A DNA stretch of 64,000 nt, from NCBI GenBank assembly GCA_964270895.1, contig OZ185436.1. One strand, given 5' to 3'. Source of the DNA: Podarcis filfolensis (Eukaryota). Below, piece after piece: positions 38,144 through 51,424 of this stretch (positions are counted from its first letter, which is position 1; every line of letters begins with the position of its first letter). The notes beneath the pieces were generated by a model, which saw only the letters and a list, made by a program, of their open reading frames with translations, had not been told where the DNA came from and made no database searches. A program made the position numbers and the translations under genes.

Positions 38144-38989
38144 TGTGTGCCCAGCCACAGAGTCCACTCTCCTGGTGCGCCTAACTGCTGAGTGGGAAAA
38201 TGAATGGATACAACAACCACCTGGGATTTAAACGGCCACAGCTTTATTGATTTCAGATGTAGGAAGCTTTGGCATAGGCATTGGGCGTGTATCCCTCTCA
38301 GCCCTGTCCCCCTTGCTCAGGAACTGAGGCAAGACAGGGTCTATTCGGGGGTGGATCCATCGCAAAACGCAGGTTTACGCAAATGGCCCCCAAACGCTGA
38401 GGGAAGCTCTGTGGCCTGCTAGCCCTACACACTTTGCTCTTTGGACAGAGACTTCCTTCTAGACCCATCTAACGGGGTACCCTGTTAACGCCACCCCAGG
38501 GAACAGGGGGTGGATGAGTCACCACTTCACCACACCCTGATTGGATGAAAGACTATAGGATTCCGCCCAAGGCCTAAACCGCCAAAGTTGTGCTATGGGG
38601 AAGGTGAAACCTGCCGAGCAGGAGAAATTGCTTCCCGGCTCCGAATACAGCAACTGCCAAAAGACCACAGCAAAGCTCACCTAGCTGAAAAGAAATGGTT
38701 AGAGCAGTAATCAACTATTAATGAAGGGAGAGGAAGGGTGGGTGACACTCCTGGCCAACTGGATGCTGTGCTGAGTGGTCGGCCAGGCTAAGTAGATGGC
38801 CATCCCTCCCCGGGCCGCTGCGGATTGGCTCATTTGAAGGACAGGTTAGGTGGGAACCCGTGAGCTTTCGCAGTGGCCAGAGGGGACAGGGAAACAATCT
38901 AAAAAGGGGCTGCATGTCCGGGGGGGAGAGGAGGCGCCGCGTTAGGCCACAACCGCCGCTCTCCTGCAAGACGGTAAGCGGCCATTACA
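38144..38989 (-). mobile_element. Probable solo LTR, antisense to CACNA1G
   Basis: Sharp GC/CpG-rich island in AT-rich intron. Minus strand begins TGTAATGG and ends ...GCACACA, with AATAAA (38243-38248) about 100 nt from its 3' end, CCAAT boxes and a GC box. No clean TSD found. Confidence 0.55.
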
Positions 38990-39369
38990 ATCGTATAAAG
39001 CACAGGGTTTATTACAGCAGTGTGAAAGAAAGCATGGCAAAAATACATAGATGTTTTAAGGTGAAATGCCACAAATTGGTCATTGTAAAATGACAATACT
39101 ATTCAGATGTCCCATTTATGCTGCTGTGTTTATATCTCTATGGGATAAGTGTGTTGTGTAAAAGCACAAAAATCCTGTAATTCACACAAGTGCTCTCCCA
39201 AATGCACATTTTCAGTTCCATTTTACCTTTTCAGATTGGAGTCATTTTATTTCTTTAAAGTTCCTGTATTTGAGCTAGCTGCTACTTCAACTTACCTTTT
39301 TCCCACTCCCTTTGAATGAAGAAAGATATGTTGTTAGGATGCTATTAACATGCTAGTTTTGTCTTTCAG

Positions 39370-39496
39370 GGTCATTAGCCGAGCACAAGGGCTGAAGCTG
39401 GTGGTGGAAACCCTGATGTCATCCCTAAAACCCATTGGAAACATTGTTGTCATCTGCTGTGCTTTCTTCATCATTTTTGGCATCTTGGGAGTCCAG
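39370..39496 (+). CDS. CACNA1G: CACNA1G exon ~22, domain III S4-S5
   Basis: gtctttcag|G GTC; (R)[42 protein letters not shown]; donor CAG|gtaggc; 127 nt. Confidence 0.97.
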
Positions 39497-41541
39497 GTAG
39501 GCTTTGCACAGGATTCACTGAAAGTAGAAAAGACCAGACGGTCCATGTGCTCAAATTCACCGCATGGAATTGGAGACTTTCCTATACAGAGACTCTCACA
39601 ACCCTATATGCCTCTGGAAAGGTGCAAGATTCCATGAGTGCTTATAGAACAAATAATAAGTCCATGTGTTTCAGAGCTGCTTCACAAATTACTTTTTTCT
39701 AGAAATGCAGTCAAAATATTTGATTTTAGCTGCAAAACCGTTTTGTATCTCTTTTGTAGGAAATGTATACTTTTTGTGCATTCCACTGTGAGCTTCATTA
39801 AGCAAAAGTGTGTTTTCAGCATCACTGTAGCACATTTGGAGGGAGGGGGCTGGTAACCTATAATGGATGGTTACCCTTTTCAGAGCCTGAGGGCTTGCAT
39901 TCCGTTCTGCCCAACCTTCCAGGGGCCCACATGCCAATGGGCAGAGACAAAGTGTGCAGAACAATACATGTGAATTTTGCCTCTTGTCTAGTCTGTGTCC
40001 TCCATCCAGCCGAGAGGCATAGTCAGAGACCAAGGGTTCATTCTAGACAGGCAGAAACACTCCATGATGAGACTGGTGACGGGGTGCATGGGTTGGGGGG
40101 AACCCCAAGGTCCAAACAGAGCCCACATTTGGTCCCTGGGCCTGAGGTTCTGTTTCCTTGGCCTGTAAGCTCCCTGTTGCATGTACATGCGTGGTAAGAA
40201 ACATGCTACAGAACTTGTGAAGCAGCTCTCAGACAAACAAGTCTCTACACACTGTTGGGGGGGGGAATCAGGCCACTAACTAGTAGAATACAAATGAAAA
40301 TTCCTTCCAACCCAAACATTGAATGAAAACCTACTAAGCCTCTCCAAGATACATTTAGCAGCTTTAATGTAGTATTCCCAGTGATTTGTTTCTTAATCAA
40401 TTGCACAGTTTATAATGGCTTAGTAATATCCAGTGGTCCCATTTGTTCTCTTCATATTTTATTTATAGAGCTATGCCTTGATGTATAGGTTGGAATATGT
40501 ATTATATCACTATAACTATAAAACGTCTGATTTTTTTATTTTTTATTTTTTTTTTTGGAAGTCATCCTGAGCATTTACCGAAAGTTTTATCTCTTCAGTC
40601 TCCCACTTTCCAGATACAGAAATCTGATTTAGTAATCTTGTTTTGATCTCTTCCCTAATGTGCTGGTTGCAATGCCCCATATTTGCTTGCTGCAGTTCCC
40701 AATATTTGCTTCAACTGCTGTAGAGTAGGCACTAGTAACTAACCTGTCATGGAGACAGAGGTGATGAAATACAATAATGGAAAGTACAGGGTGTAGCTTG
40801 ATCCCCTAGTCCCTAAGCCTTTCAGAAAATGCTGTGTTGGGGGAAATCATCAACCTTTGGTATGCATCCAGTGTTGTGCTTTTCAACACTTCTACCCCCC
40901 AAGTATAGTACTCTTAGGTTAAAAAAAAAAAAAAAGATTAAATGTCACCACCTATGAAATATATGGGTTTGCATTGATCTCTATTGTTTGGCTTGCTCAA
41001 ACAGAGGCCTAAACGCTTGGCATCACTTTTTGAGTTCAAATAAAGAGGTGATGTTTAAAGAGTCCAGTGGGAAACGAACCTTGCCATAGGGAAGCAAAGC
41101 ATGATAATGCCAATAACTTTTGTCACTCAATAAAATAGTGCAAATGTCTCAACCTAGCCTGATGCAGGCCGCTGCACTGACATCCATCATAGTAGCTGTC
41201 ACGCTCTGCTGCTTCCTGTTTGCCATTGAAAAAGCGACAATATTAATCATCTGGGGTTTCGATACCTTTCACCCTGTTGGTAATTGTATCTGACGCTGTT
41301 GAAGTCAATGCCTTGGGGTCACCAGATTCACAATACAGTGTGAGGCCTGTGCTTCAAGGGTTGTGTGCACCACAGAATTTCGACCACTGTGACTGCACAA
41401 GCAGGAGAAGCGGCACCTTTCAAAATTCTTCTGTCACTTTAACAGATGTGGAACACCTGTCCCTTATCTGGCAGTCCTAGACAGAGTGAGTGAGATCTCA
41501 CAGAAAATGTTGGACTCCTTTGGGAGGAGGGGCAGGATACA

Positions 41542-41571
<30 letters not shown>
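41542..41571. repeat. (GATT)7 microsatellite, probably the tail of an L2-type 3' end
   Basis: Direct reading; preceded by gactcctttgggaggaggggcaggatac, typical of squamate L2 3' termini. Confidence 0.85.
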
Positions 41572-41574
<3 letters not shown>

Positions 41575-43633
41575 AGTGTGATGATGGGAGGCCTTTCCTT
41601 CATTCTACTTACAGGCAGAGGTATAGAATCAGTTGGGGTCTAGAAAAGGAGCTGATCTCTTTATCCATGTATATGATTTAACTAGCAAAGGTCTGTGCAA
41701 AATTCCTCCCTCTAGTAGACTGAATAATGTCTTTGTCTGATCAAATGCATGTGTAGACCCAAGGTGATTTCAGGAGCATGAAAGGGCATAACTGTGAAGT
41801 CAGCAGGGTAAATGGACCCTGGTACTGGATAAAAGCAAGCAAATACTGTCTTGTAACCTAAATAATAATCCAAGGTAGGAAATGTATTTCCAAGCAGCAG
41901 TTCAGAAGTTGTCAGAACTGTGAGGAAATGATAGCCAGGGCTGGATTTAGCAGTAGACATACACAGACACCAGGGTTGTGCCTTGCAAAAGAAGGTTTGT
42001 TGTTGTTTGGTGAGGAGGCAGATTGACAGGAGGCCAACTCTAGCCACCTCCCTTTCCTGAACAAGTGCTCAGCACAATTACCATTGACATTATAGTGCTA
42101 CTTGGATATTTATAGGGCCCCAATTGCTGGATGATCCCAGGTAATTATGTATAACATGCATTGGAAAGGCGAAATTTCTTTCCAGTTAGGAGCAGCCACT
42201 CATGTGGAAGCTTCCAATTACACATGGCTCTTAATCTTCACTGGATTGGGGGCAATTGTTTATGAGCTTGTATATACTACAGGCTTCCTGTACATTAGGG
42301 CCGAACTGCAGTGAGTCACATTCTGTAGCAAAAATTAGCCTTGGGCATGTCTCATGGAAATATGGGAGATAAATATTTATAATAAACAAATAAAAAGTGT
42401 GGGTACCACTGGCAGTTATTTGCGGCCTTGTTTGCACCATTCAGGTTGTTTGGGTTGTACAGTCCCTGTCAAAGAGAGTAAGATATTCTGGACGTGGTAC
42501 AATATTGTGTGTATGGGCAGAAATCATGAGGTAGTCCACCATCAACCAAGTACCCTTGAAGAAGAAGATTTGGTGGCTTGCTCCTTCCAAGTCCGTCAAG
42601 CCAACTCTTAAAAATCATGCTGAATAATTAGCTTTTCCCTCTATCAGTTCCTAAAACTTTGAATGTTATTGTGAAGACATTTTCACATGTATCGTGATGA
42701 CTTCTTCCTGCAGCACTCGGTCAGTGGTGACCCTTAAGTAACTCTAGACCCTGGACTTCACAGTCTTATAGGGCGATGGTCATTTAGTTGTGAAGCACAC
42801 AGTTGACATTTCTCTTCTCACCACGGCAATTCCATGCTTTGTAACTGCTTTTCCATTGCTAATACGTTAGAGCAAAGTCAAAGAAAAACCTGTTTGCTAG
42901 CCCTGATAAAAGAAATACTCTGAGCTTGTGCAGTTTTGCATTTTTATGGTACCATCATGGCTACAGAAATAAAATGGAGTTTGCTTTTGCTGCTTCATGC
43001 TAAACACATTTACTTGGGGGAAAGCATCGTTTCTTCTAGAAAAGGATAATATATCTTTAAGGAATGAGTAATAAAATGAACATCTGTAACCAAGTACATG
43101 CTTGACTTGCCACCTCCTAACTATAAAATATTTTGTTAAAAATAAGAAGGAAGGATGCTGTAGTGACTAGCTTCAGCCCTGGTGTTCCCTGGCATGTCCA
43201 TGCCAGCACAGATGCAGATGTCAGGCCTGTTTGGAGCTGGCTCCATTATCTGCTGCTCCCTGGGTGGTGATTTGGGGGCCTTTTTGTTGGTTTTTATTTA
43301 AATGTCCCAGCTTTTAATTATTCAGAAGGCAGCTCACAAATAGAAGGAAAACCAATTAAATCAATTAAAACAGCAGCATAAAACCACAAATAAAAATAAA
43401 TAAAAACAGCAGGACCAAAACACCATTCACTAAAAGATGGTGTTAATAAAACTTTGGGGGCCTGGTGCCAGACCTCAGGGCTTAAATGGGGCAGGTAAGA
43501 CCTGTCCCTGATGACCACATGCCAAGTGTCTGAAGTTGGGGGCACCCAGACAAAAGCCTCCAGACATATCTCAGTGACCGGGCATTGTAAAGTCACATTT
43601 GCTAATTATTTTGCCATCTCTTGGTTTTCACAG

Positions 43634-43759
43634 TTGTTCAAAGGGAAGTTTTTTGTCTGCCAAGGGGAAGACACAAGGAACATTACCAACAGGTCGGACT
43701 GTGCAGAAGCCAGCTACAAATGGGTCCGACACAAGTATAATTTTGATAATCTCGGCCAG
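43634..43759 (+). CDS. CACNA1G: CACNA1G exon ~23, domain III extracellular turret
   Basis: ttttcacag|TTG TTC; [42 protein letters not shown], with N-glycosylation sequons NIT and NRS; donor CAG|gtatta; 126 nt. Confidence 0.97.
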
Positions 43760-44503
43760 GTATTAATGGAATGGTAATCTGCTTCTTTGCTCCTTTATTT
43801 CCCTGATTCTAAGTGTTCTTGCCGATTTTGCAGCTACCGTGGCAAATGACACATTTCCTAGATGCAAAATGTGCACTTAAAATCCCCCATTTTAGCGTTC
43901 GTAAGTCTGCACAAGTTCCTTTCTGAATTAAGACAAGGGCTCGCACCTTCTTGGACCATTACACATCATACTACATATGTCTATCAAAAAGCCTCATATT
44001 AGAAAATTTGACACCCTGTACCCAGCACAACCTAATGCTTGCCTAAGTGATACACTTCAAATGTTTCTGGACTATAACTCACGTTATAGTCAATATGGTC
44101 AATAGTAAGCAGTTGATTCCCAACATCATATGAAGGGCGCCACATTGGCTGCTAACATCTCCATTCATTTACAGGGTCCACTGGAAATCATCCATACTTT
44201 AGCAGCATGGCAGGAACTAATTAGAAGTGAGTGAGGGAAGCCTGTAGGGTGAAAATGGAGCTGGCTGTCTCTATTTTTTGAATTAACCCTCATTGTTGGA
44301 CCAGTGTCTGACACTGATAGGTTTTCGCAGGCGGGAGGTGTTCGGCATCAAAGCACATTATTTTTATCAGCAAGGTAAAATAACAAGCTAAAATGCAAGT
44401 TTAAACTTGAGCAGATAGGAGACCAGAGTAGAAGATGGGCACATGAAAGGAATTGTTTTCTTCCGGCCTAAATGTAATGCTGTGTTTCCTCTTGCCTTTC
44501 TAG

Positions 44504-44593
44504 GCCTTAATGTCTCTGTTTGTTTTGGCCTCCAAAGATGGGTGGGTGGACATCATGTATGATGGATTGGATGCTGTGGGAGTGGATCAGCAG
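44504..44593 (+). CDS. CACNA1G: CACNA1G exon ~24, domain III pore (filter D)
   Basis: ctttctag|GCC TTA; [30 protein letters not shown]; D at the filter position fits the T-type EEDD ring; donor CAG|gtatgt; 90 nt. Confidence 0.97.
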
Positions 44594-44793
44594 GTATGTG
44601 GTTCGGCATTAAGTTAATAGAAGAGATAGTTTTGTAAAAAACAAAACAAAACTGTAAGGGGTACAGCTCCTCCCCGTATCTCACAATCTTCATGGACAAA
44701 GGATGTTCCAATCTTACTTTGCACATTTATACAGCCTTGTCCCCTGTACCCTCCTAGGTTGTAATTTTAATGGCTTTCTTCTCTGCCTTGTAG

Positions 44794-45007
44794 CCAGTCA
44801 TGAACTATAACCCTTGGATGCTCCTCTACTTCATCTCCTTCCTGCTGATTGTTGCCTTCTTTGTCCTCAACATGTTTGTGGGAGTTGTGGTGGAGAATTT
44901 CCATAAGTGTCGTCAGCATCAGGAAGAAGAAGAAGCCAAGAGACGAGAGGAGAAGAGACTCAAGCGGCTGGAGAAAAAGAGAAGGAGTAAGGAGAAACAG
45001 ATGGCTG
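44794..45007 (+). CDS. CACNA1G: CACNA1G exon 25, domain III S6 and III-IV linker, two alternative donors (44986 and 45007)
   Basis: gccttgtag|CCA GTC; [64 protein letters not shown][SKEKQMA]; donors GGA|gtaagg (44986) and CTG|gtcggt (45007), 21 nt apart, both phase 1. Confidence 0.96.
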
Positions 45008-47395
45008 GTCGGTAGTCTTTCCTCATCTTTCTGAGTCCTGCTTGACCTTTGACAGTCTCCCCATAACTCCCTGCCTAGCACCCGAGGCTCAGATTCCTTT
45101 CAAAAGCATGTCCAGCTATGAAATTTGCATGAAGGATATAGTTCTGGCATAGGCTAAGTAACAAGCCGCAGAAACATAGCAATGGCTGCATGATTCGCAA
45201 CTACTTTATACGCTAGGTGATTTTTAAAAAAGAATAATTTTAAATGTTTGGTTTTTTTATTGCACAAGCTTAGCATTACCCAAATAGTGTCAAATGCAAA
45301 AACCAACAGTTCCAGAACAGGCCAAGAATCTTAGGCGTGTCTAGCACTGTTGCTGAGAATTAGCTTCACTATTTGGTTTATTACAGCCTTGTAATGTCAC
45401 AGTGAAATCACTTTTGTCAATTTCTGAGCCAGTTTGCGTATCGATTGATGAAACTGCAATCGTGCATTCAAGGATGTAATAATAAAAAGCAGCCTTGTTT
45501 TAGAAATGCTTGAAAATATAGTGTATTTGCTTGAGAAATACAGATTTTTTTTCTTTAAAATGATGAAGGAAATAACCAGACAGAAATTAGCCAAATTAAG
45601 TAGATCCACTGGCACACAACCTTGTTGGACCACTTAGAATAATTTTTAAAAATCCTTTTGTAACCATAGTAGATGTGTCTCTAAAAATCTGAGAAACTTG
45701 ACATACATATTGTCTTTTTTATCTCAGTTCTGTTTGATTGAAAAACAGGAAATTACATTCAGGTCAGAGGTCACAGGTCAGAGGTACTCTCCTCCATCTT
45801 GCATGCCTTCTATTCTGCTTGGATTTTTTCCCCCAAATGCCCCTGCGTTCATTCATGGTATCACTCTTGTTACTTCCATCTTTAAGTGTTCTTATGGCTT
45901 TCCCCCCAACCCATTATCCCTTCCACATTTATTTCATCCCTTTCAGACTGACACCAGTAAATCTGTAGGAATCTCTCTTTGTTGTTGTTGTTGTTGTTGT
46001 TTAATAGTTACTAAAAAAAAATGGTGCAATTCCCTGTATGGTTGTTTTATAGGTATAACAAGATAGGACCATGATTTGTGTTGTGTGTTGGGGTTTTTTG
46101 AGGATTAATTATATGAAATGAATATCTAGATACTTAAGGACATTCACAACTTTGAGGATTATATTTTAACATTATTTACTTGAGCGTAAGGATTCCAGAT
46201 CAGAAGATCTGAAACGAACAAATCATGCTGAAGCTGTGGTTTATTAATGAATTTTGTGACACTGTTCAGAAATAAGAGAGCTCCATAATGAGCTATGAGG
46301 TTGTGATGTTCACAAGTGACCTTTCAAAGTATTTCAGAACTGACATGATTTTTTCCAAGACAATGACTATTTCGATTTATATCTCAAGGAACATAAAATC
46401 ATGTTATAGGAAGGACTGTCCATGTATTGGGGTTCATGTTCTCTTTTTAGCCAAAGTTCATGGGATTTCGTACACATGAAACATCCCATGATGCATAAAG
46501 GCACAAAGGTGAAAAGGTTTATTGGAGATACTTTGGTAGTATATCTATCAGTGTCAATGAAAAGTATGCGCGCACCCATGTTTTGCTGGTATAGCATCTG
46601 CAAATATTTTAGTGGTAATAACACGGTAAACATGGTAAAGAGACAAAAAGCCTCACAGACTTTTGTGCATAAAGCAGTCTTGGCCTCCCAGCCAGCGTAG
46701 AGTTTTGTCAAATGCAGCTTCTTGCTACAACAAAGGAAGCCTTGTAAAGTAGCTCTGGGAACAGGGAAGATTTAAGAATGGAATTATACACTACTGAAAG
46801 AGTTCCATTTTAAAGGAAAGCTAGCTCTAGTCATGCCTGTAACACATTTGGAAAGCAATGCACTTCCGTGGAATCTGGCACAGAATTGTGGTCTACGTAC
46901 GATTAGCTTTGACATAGTAGGACCTTATATGGAAATATAAAATGGCATGCCTCCTCTCACCCACCCCTTCTTGTTCAAGGTGAAAGGCCCGCCCCTTGTC
47001 ATCCTTTATGTTTACTTGCCTTCACACCTCTCAGTGGGCCACAGCCCTGGGGAACTTATTAACCATCTAATGCATTATTCCTTGGTTCACTAGACTCCTG
47101 GCCTGCCCCTCTGTCTGGCACAGTGTACTTACTGTAACTTGCCTGTTCATTACTTATTTCCCATATTGTCTTGAGACACTATGGTATTCCCCCCCCCACG
47201 CCATATTTCTTAGCTTCTCTAAAACAGCTTACAAAAATAAAACATTAGAATAATCAGTAAAAAACAAAAAACAGATAAGTACAGGTTTAAAAAACACTCA
47301 AAAGATAATTAAAATCAACAGTAAGCAAAAGAGATTAAAACACGCCAGTATTCTACATGTCTGGGTAGGCTTGCCTAAATAGAAAATGTGTTTTT

Positions 47396-47601
47396 ACTGT
47401 CGGAAAGTTCTTCCTGATGTTTAGTCGGAATCTCCTTTCTTGTAACTTGAAGCCATTGGTTTGAGTCCCACCCTCCTCCAGAGCAGGAGAAAACAAGCTT
47501 GCTCCATCTTCCATGTGACAATAAAATTATTAACAATGATTATTTAAGGCTTGGTTTCCAGACCCTTGAACGTCTTGGTTGCCCAACTCTGCACCCGTCT
47601 T
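47396..47601 (-). mobile_element. CR1 LINE fragment
   Basis: Minus-strand translation CHMEDGASLFSPALE...TNGFKLQERRFRLNIRKNFPTV is the CR1 ORF2 C-terminal motif. Confidence 0.85.
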
Positions 47602-50600
47602 TCCTGATTAAGATATTATGGAGAAATAGAACTGATTGTCACCAGTATATTGAGGGCAATTTGCCCCAAAATGCCTAATGGCCATTTCCAGAGCTTCATA
47701 TAGATATGAAATAACATAATCACCAGTGGGCCAAAAAGGAGTCTGTGTTTTAAGCAAGCACTGGAAAGAGTTGGGTTGATGGGAGTTGGAGTCCAACAAT
47801 ATCCGGAGGGCCACAAGTTCCTCACCCCTGCCTTAGACAGTCACCTAGTTTCCTTATGCAGCCTTTGATATAGGGATGACTACAAAACACATCAGTTTAC
47901 AAATGATTTATTAAATGGTTACTCCATTGATGAGGAAAAGGTGGACCCTGGATATTACGAATACCACTTAAAATGGATGTTCTTATAAATTATTCTGACA
48001 CACTTATTATTGTGAAAATATGTTTTACAAGTTAAGTGTAAAAATCGAACCACAGTTAAAAGTAATGTGTGACATAATTTTATGTGGTCCAGGCTACTTG
48101 TATAACAACTTCAGCTTTCTTCCCAAGTTTGGAAATTCACATAGGTATTTAGGGATTTAGTATTTGCTACAATAAAACCATAAGCATAATTCATAAATCT
48201 CATAGTTATGATTCCACTAATGATACTCGTTACAAAGGCTTCAACAGAGAAAGTGAGGATTTTATAGCTTCTTCCCTAGCTGTAACATATTGAACACCCT
48301 TTCATTTAATGTGAGCTCCCATTGACACATCATAATTCCCTGGAAAATAATTTCACTTTGGCTGTGATTATTGTTATTTTTAAAAGAACCGCTTGGAAAA
48401 GCTTAATATTTCATGTTTTCAAAAAAAAATAAATCCTGAAATACTTTGAATTATGTTGGCTACGACAGCAGATATAAAGGGGGGGGGCACACATGAGGTA
48501 TGAGGAATTTCCTAAAAGAAAGTCACAGTCCACTCTGTGCATGGAATGATATTGCCAATTAGTTCTCTAATGTATTGGGACATGGGTTGAAATAGTCTGC
48601 TGAAGAATGGGAAGTTCTTGCAAAAGAAACTACCATATAAAATTTACAGAAGAAAGAAATTGTCCTCTTATAATCATTTTAGAACTATAACATTCATTTG
48701 CAGTCTGTTGGGTTGATTGGAGTGAAAATTGCATTTATTAGCAGACAAATCTGTTGCTTAGTACAATGAGGAAAAAGGTTTTTTTAAGATTGCAGGCACA
48801 AGTGCCACTTGAGTTTGCCCTGGCAGAACACTCTTTGACATGTGTACAACAAATGTGCCTAAGGGCAGAACTATGTGCTGTGGAAAAATAAGTGCCTACA
48901 AATCTATGGTGGCCACTTCCAAACCATTGGGTAGCTTTGGAAGGGAGCAATTGGGGTGGGGAAGTTGTGTGCGCTGGCAATGGGGGCTGGGATCAAGGGC
49001 ACCCTGTCAATGAGGTGATGTGAAAGCCGTCTGCCTCAGGCAGCAGATCCAACCGCTGCCATTGCCCCATTGCCAGCCTCCCCGGGGCTTCGCTAGTGCA
49101 GCCGCCTCAACACCATTGCCCTCACTGCTACTGTATTGTGGTGGAAGTGTGGGCACAGCCACAGGCAAGGGTACAGTTGTGGTGGCAGAGCGTGAGCGTG
49201 ATGGCAAGGATGAGGTGGGGGCCTAAATTGAGGGGGGAGCAATCATAGCATTTTGCTTACAGCAGCAAAATGTCTTAGGCCAGCCCTGGTCAGGGTGGTT
49301 CTCTCATCATCAAACAACTGTTTTCCTGCTCCAACAAGCCAACCCTATTTTCCCCTCACACAGTTCTAGTTTAGGGATGGATGAATTACCCTTTTTCTAG
49401 TCCATGTCAGTTTTGCATGTAAGGAATATCCTATCCCATTTGTTGCTATTTTTTTAAAAAAGGAAATGCACTAAATATATGCATTTAACGTGTACATATT
49501 TTGCATGGACTTCTGTATGCAGTTCCCCCTAGAAGTGCATATTTTGTGCATTTTTCTGTAAAATACACATCTTTGTATGCTTTTTTTAAAAGCTGAAACT
49601 GATTTGCCAGCTGTGTTCTGAACTGCATATAAGTCCAGGGCTGGCCTATAAGGTTGGTTTGCTTAAAAATACAGACTGCACAAATTTCTCCTCTATCTCT
49701 TGTCTAGATTCATGTTTCCCCTAACAAACATGTCTGGAACTCTTAAAAGTAATTCAGAGGAAGGCACTGAAGTAGAGAAGCAATGAATATTGGGAGTGAT
49801 AAAGAGCCCTTCCCTTTGCCAGCTCTCTGCTACAAATGGGTTCCTAACAGATGTGGTCACTGGAGTTTTGTTCTACATGTTCGCACATAATGTAGCATTT
49901 CACCTCTTAAAATATTTATTTCTAAATAACCCATTAGTTATACAGTTGGTTGAAATGGTGAGATTCCTCTGGGGTAAGTGGCATGAAGACTGTATAGTAA
50001 CTAGAATTTTCCCACCCAACTCCCTGTATGTTTACTTATCACATAGGGACCAATACTGATGCCATGCTGTATTATTTTGCCCTGGGCCCAGTACTGACCA
50101 TGTGACTAGGTAGTTACTTGAGTCTAGACTAGTCCTGGCATAGCCCCACTGGTTTTAATGGGATTTTGTGGGTACTGCTTTGGGTCAAAAGACTACAAGA
50201 AAGCAGGTTTCAGCTTCTCCTTTATATTTCTTTAGAAAGGATTACAACATTCATTTTTTTTTCCTGAGGTGATGCTATCCCAGATGTCATGTTGATAACT
50301 TTAATACTTTATTGACTTGAGAATATGGAAGGAATGGTCTATAGTTACATTTGGGGCTTCCCTTTGCCTGCCACTGTTATTTACCCGTAATAATCCTAGT
50401 TTATTCCACTGTAACATATAGTTCCCCTGAAGGCTACATTGATTTATGAGAGAGGACCATTTTCCCCTTAGCTGTCTGCCAGTGCATCACAGTGGATAAG
50501 AATCTCATATTCTGCTCACCAACCGTTACATTGCTCAGGATCAACTAGTTCTGTTTATCTCAGAGGTGTCTTGGGTTTATGTTGCCCTGTATTCGTGTGC

Positions 50601-51014
50601 ACACTTCCCAAACGCTGCACTGTGAAAAGCGTTTGAAAACTGAAGAGATTTGTGAGCATAGGCTTTGATGGTGATGTGCTGCTGCTTTCAAAAAGTTACT
50701 GTACAAATTCCTCTGAGTGCAAGCAACCCATTGGGGTAGCCTCTCGCAGTCCCAGCCTATCAGTATTCTGAGTGTTTTCATTCTTAACATTATTGTTTAA
50801 TGACATTAATAACATTATTTAGTTTTATATTACAATGTTCTTAATGCCAATCTTGGGGCTTTTAAACTGAAATGCAACATGAATTATACTACTATGAATA
50901 CTTAATCTCAAATAGCTAGGCACTGTACAAGTGTTAAATCATAAGACCACATCGTCCTTGCCTACAAATTTAAAAGGCTGATTTGCCAATACAGACCACC
51001 CTCCTTCTGATGGT

Positions 51015-51165
51015 GTAGAATTGTAGAGTTGGAAGGGGACCTGAGGGTCATCAAGTCCAACCCCCTGCAGTGCAGGAATCCTGCCCACACCTGTCCCTGG
51101 CTGGGCTCAAACCACCAACCTTCTGGTTAACAGCCAAATCCACTGACCCATTGCACCACAGGAGG
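51015..51165 (-). mobile_element. tRNA-headed, CR1-tailed SINE (Squam2/AnolisSINE2-like)
   Basis: Reverse complement: gtggtgcaatgggtcagtgg...ggttggtggtttgagccca...gcagggggttggacttgatgaccctcaggtccccttccaactctacaattcta (CR1-type 3' end). Confidence 0.75.
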
Positions 51166-51373
51166 TATACTCTACATTGCTTCTATCTAAACTCCACTGA
51201 AATGTGTGGGTGCGTTTGTGGGTAACAGTTGTAGGCAGGCAGAACCCTTGTTTCGCCCTGCCAGGGTGACGGTGTGCTTTTGTCAGAGTGACGGGTGCAT
51301 GAAGCGATGAAGATGGAATGAAGGATTGGCCTCGCATCCTCTCCAGTGATTTAATGCCCTTTCGTTCTTCTAG

Positions 51374-51424
51374 ATCTAATGCTGGATGATGTAATAATGG
51401 ACAGCTCAGCCAGTGCAGTGCCAG
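51374..51424 (+). CDS. CACNA1G: CACNA1G cassette exon 26 (insertion c), III-IV linker
   Basis: gttcttctag|AT CTA; (D/N)LMLDDVIMDSSASAVP(E); donor CAG|gtactg; 51 nt, phase 1-1. Resembles human DLMLDDVIASGSSASAAS (recalled). Confidence 0.92.

Noticed and set aside
51341-51373. Alternative acceptor ctccag| 27 nt upstream of exon 26
   Set aside because: In-frame TAA two codons in and a weak tract; no support beyond the AG.
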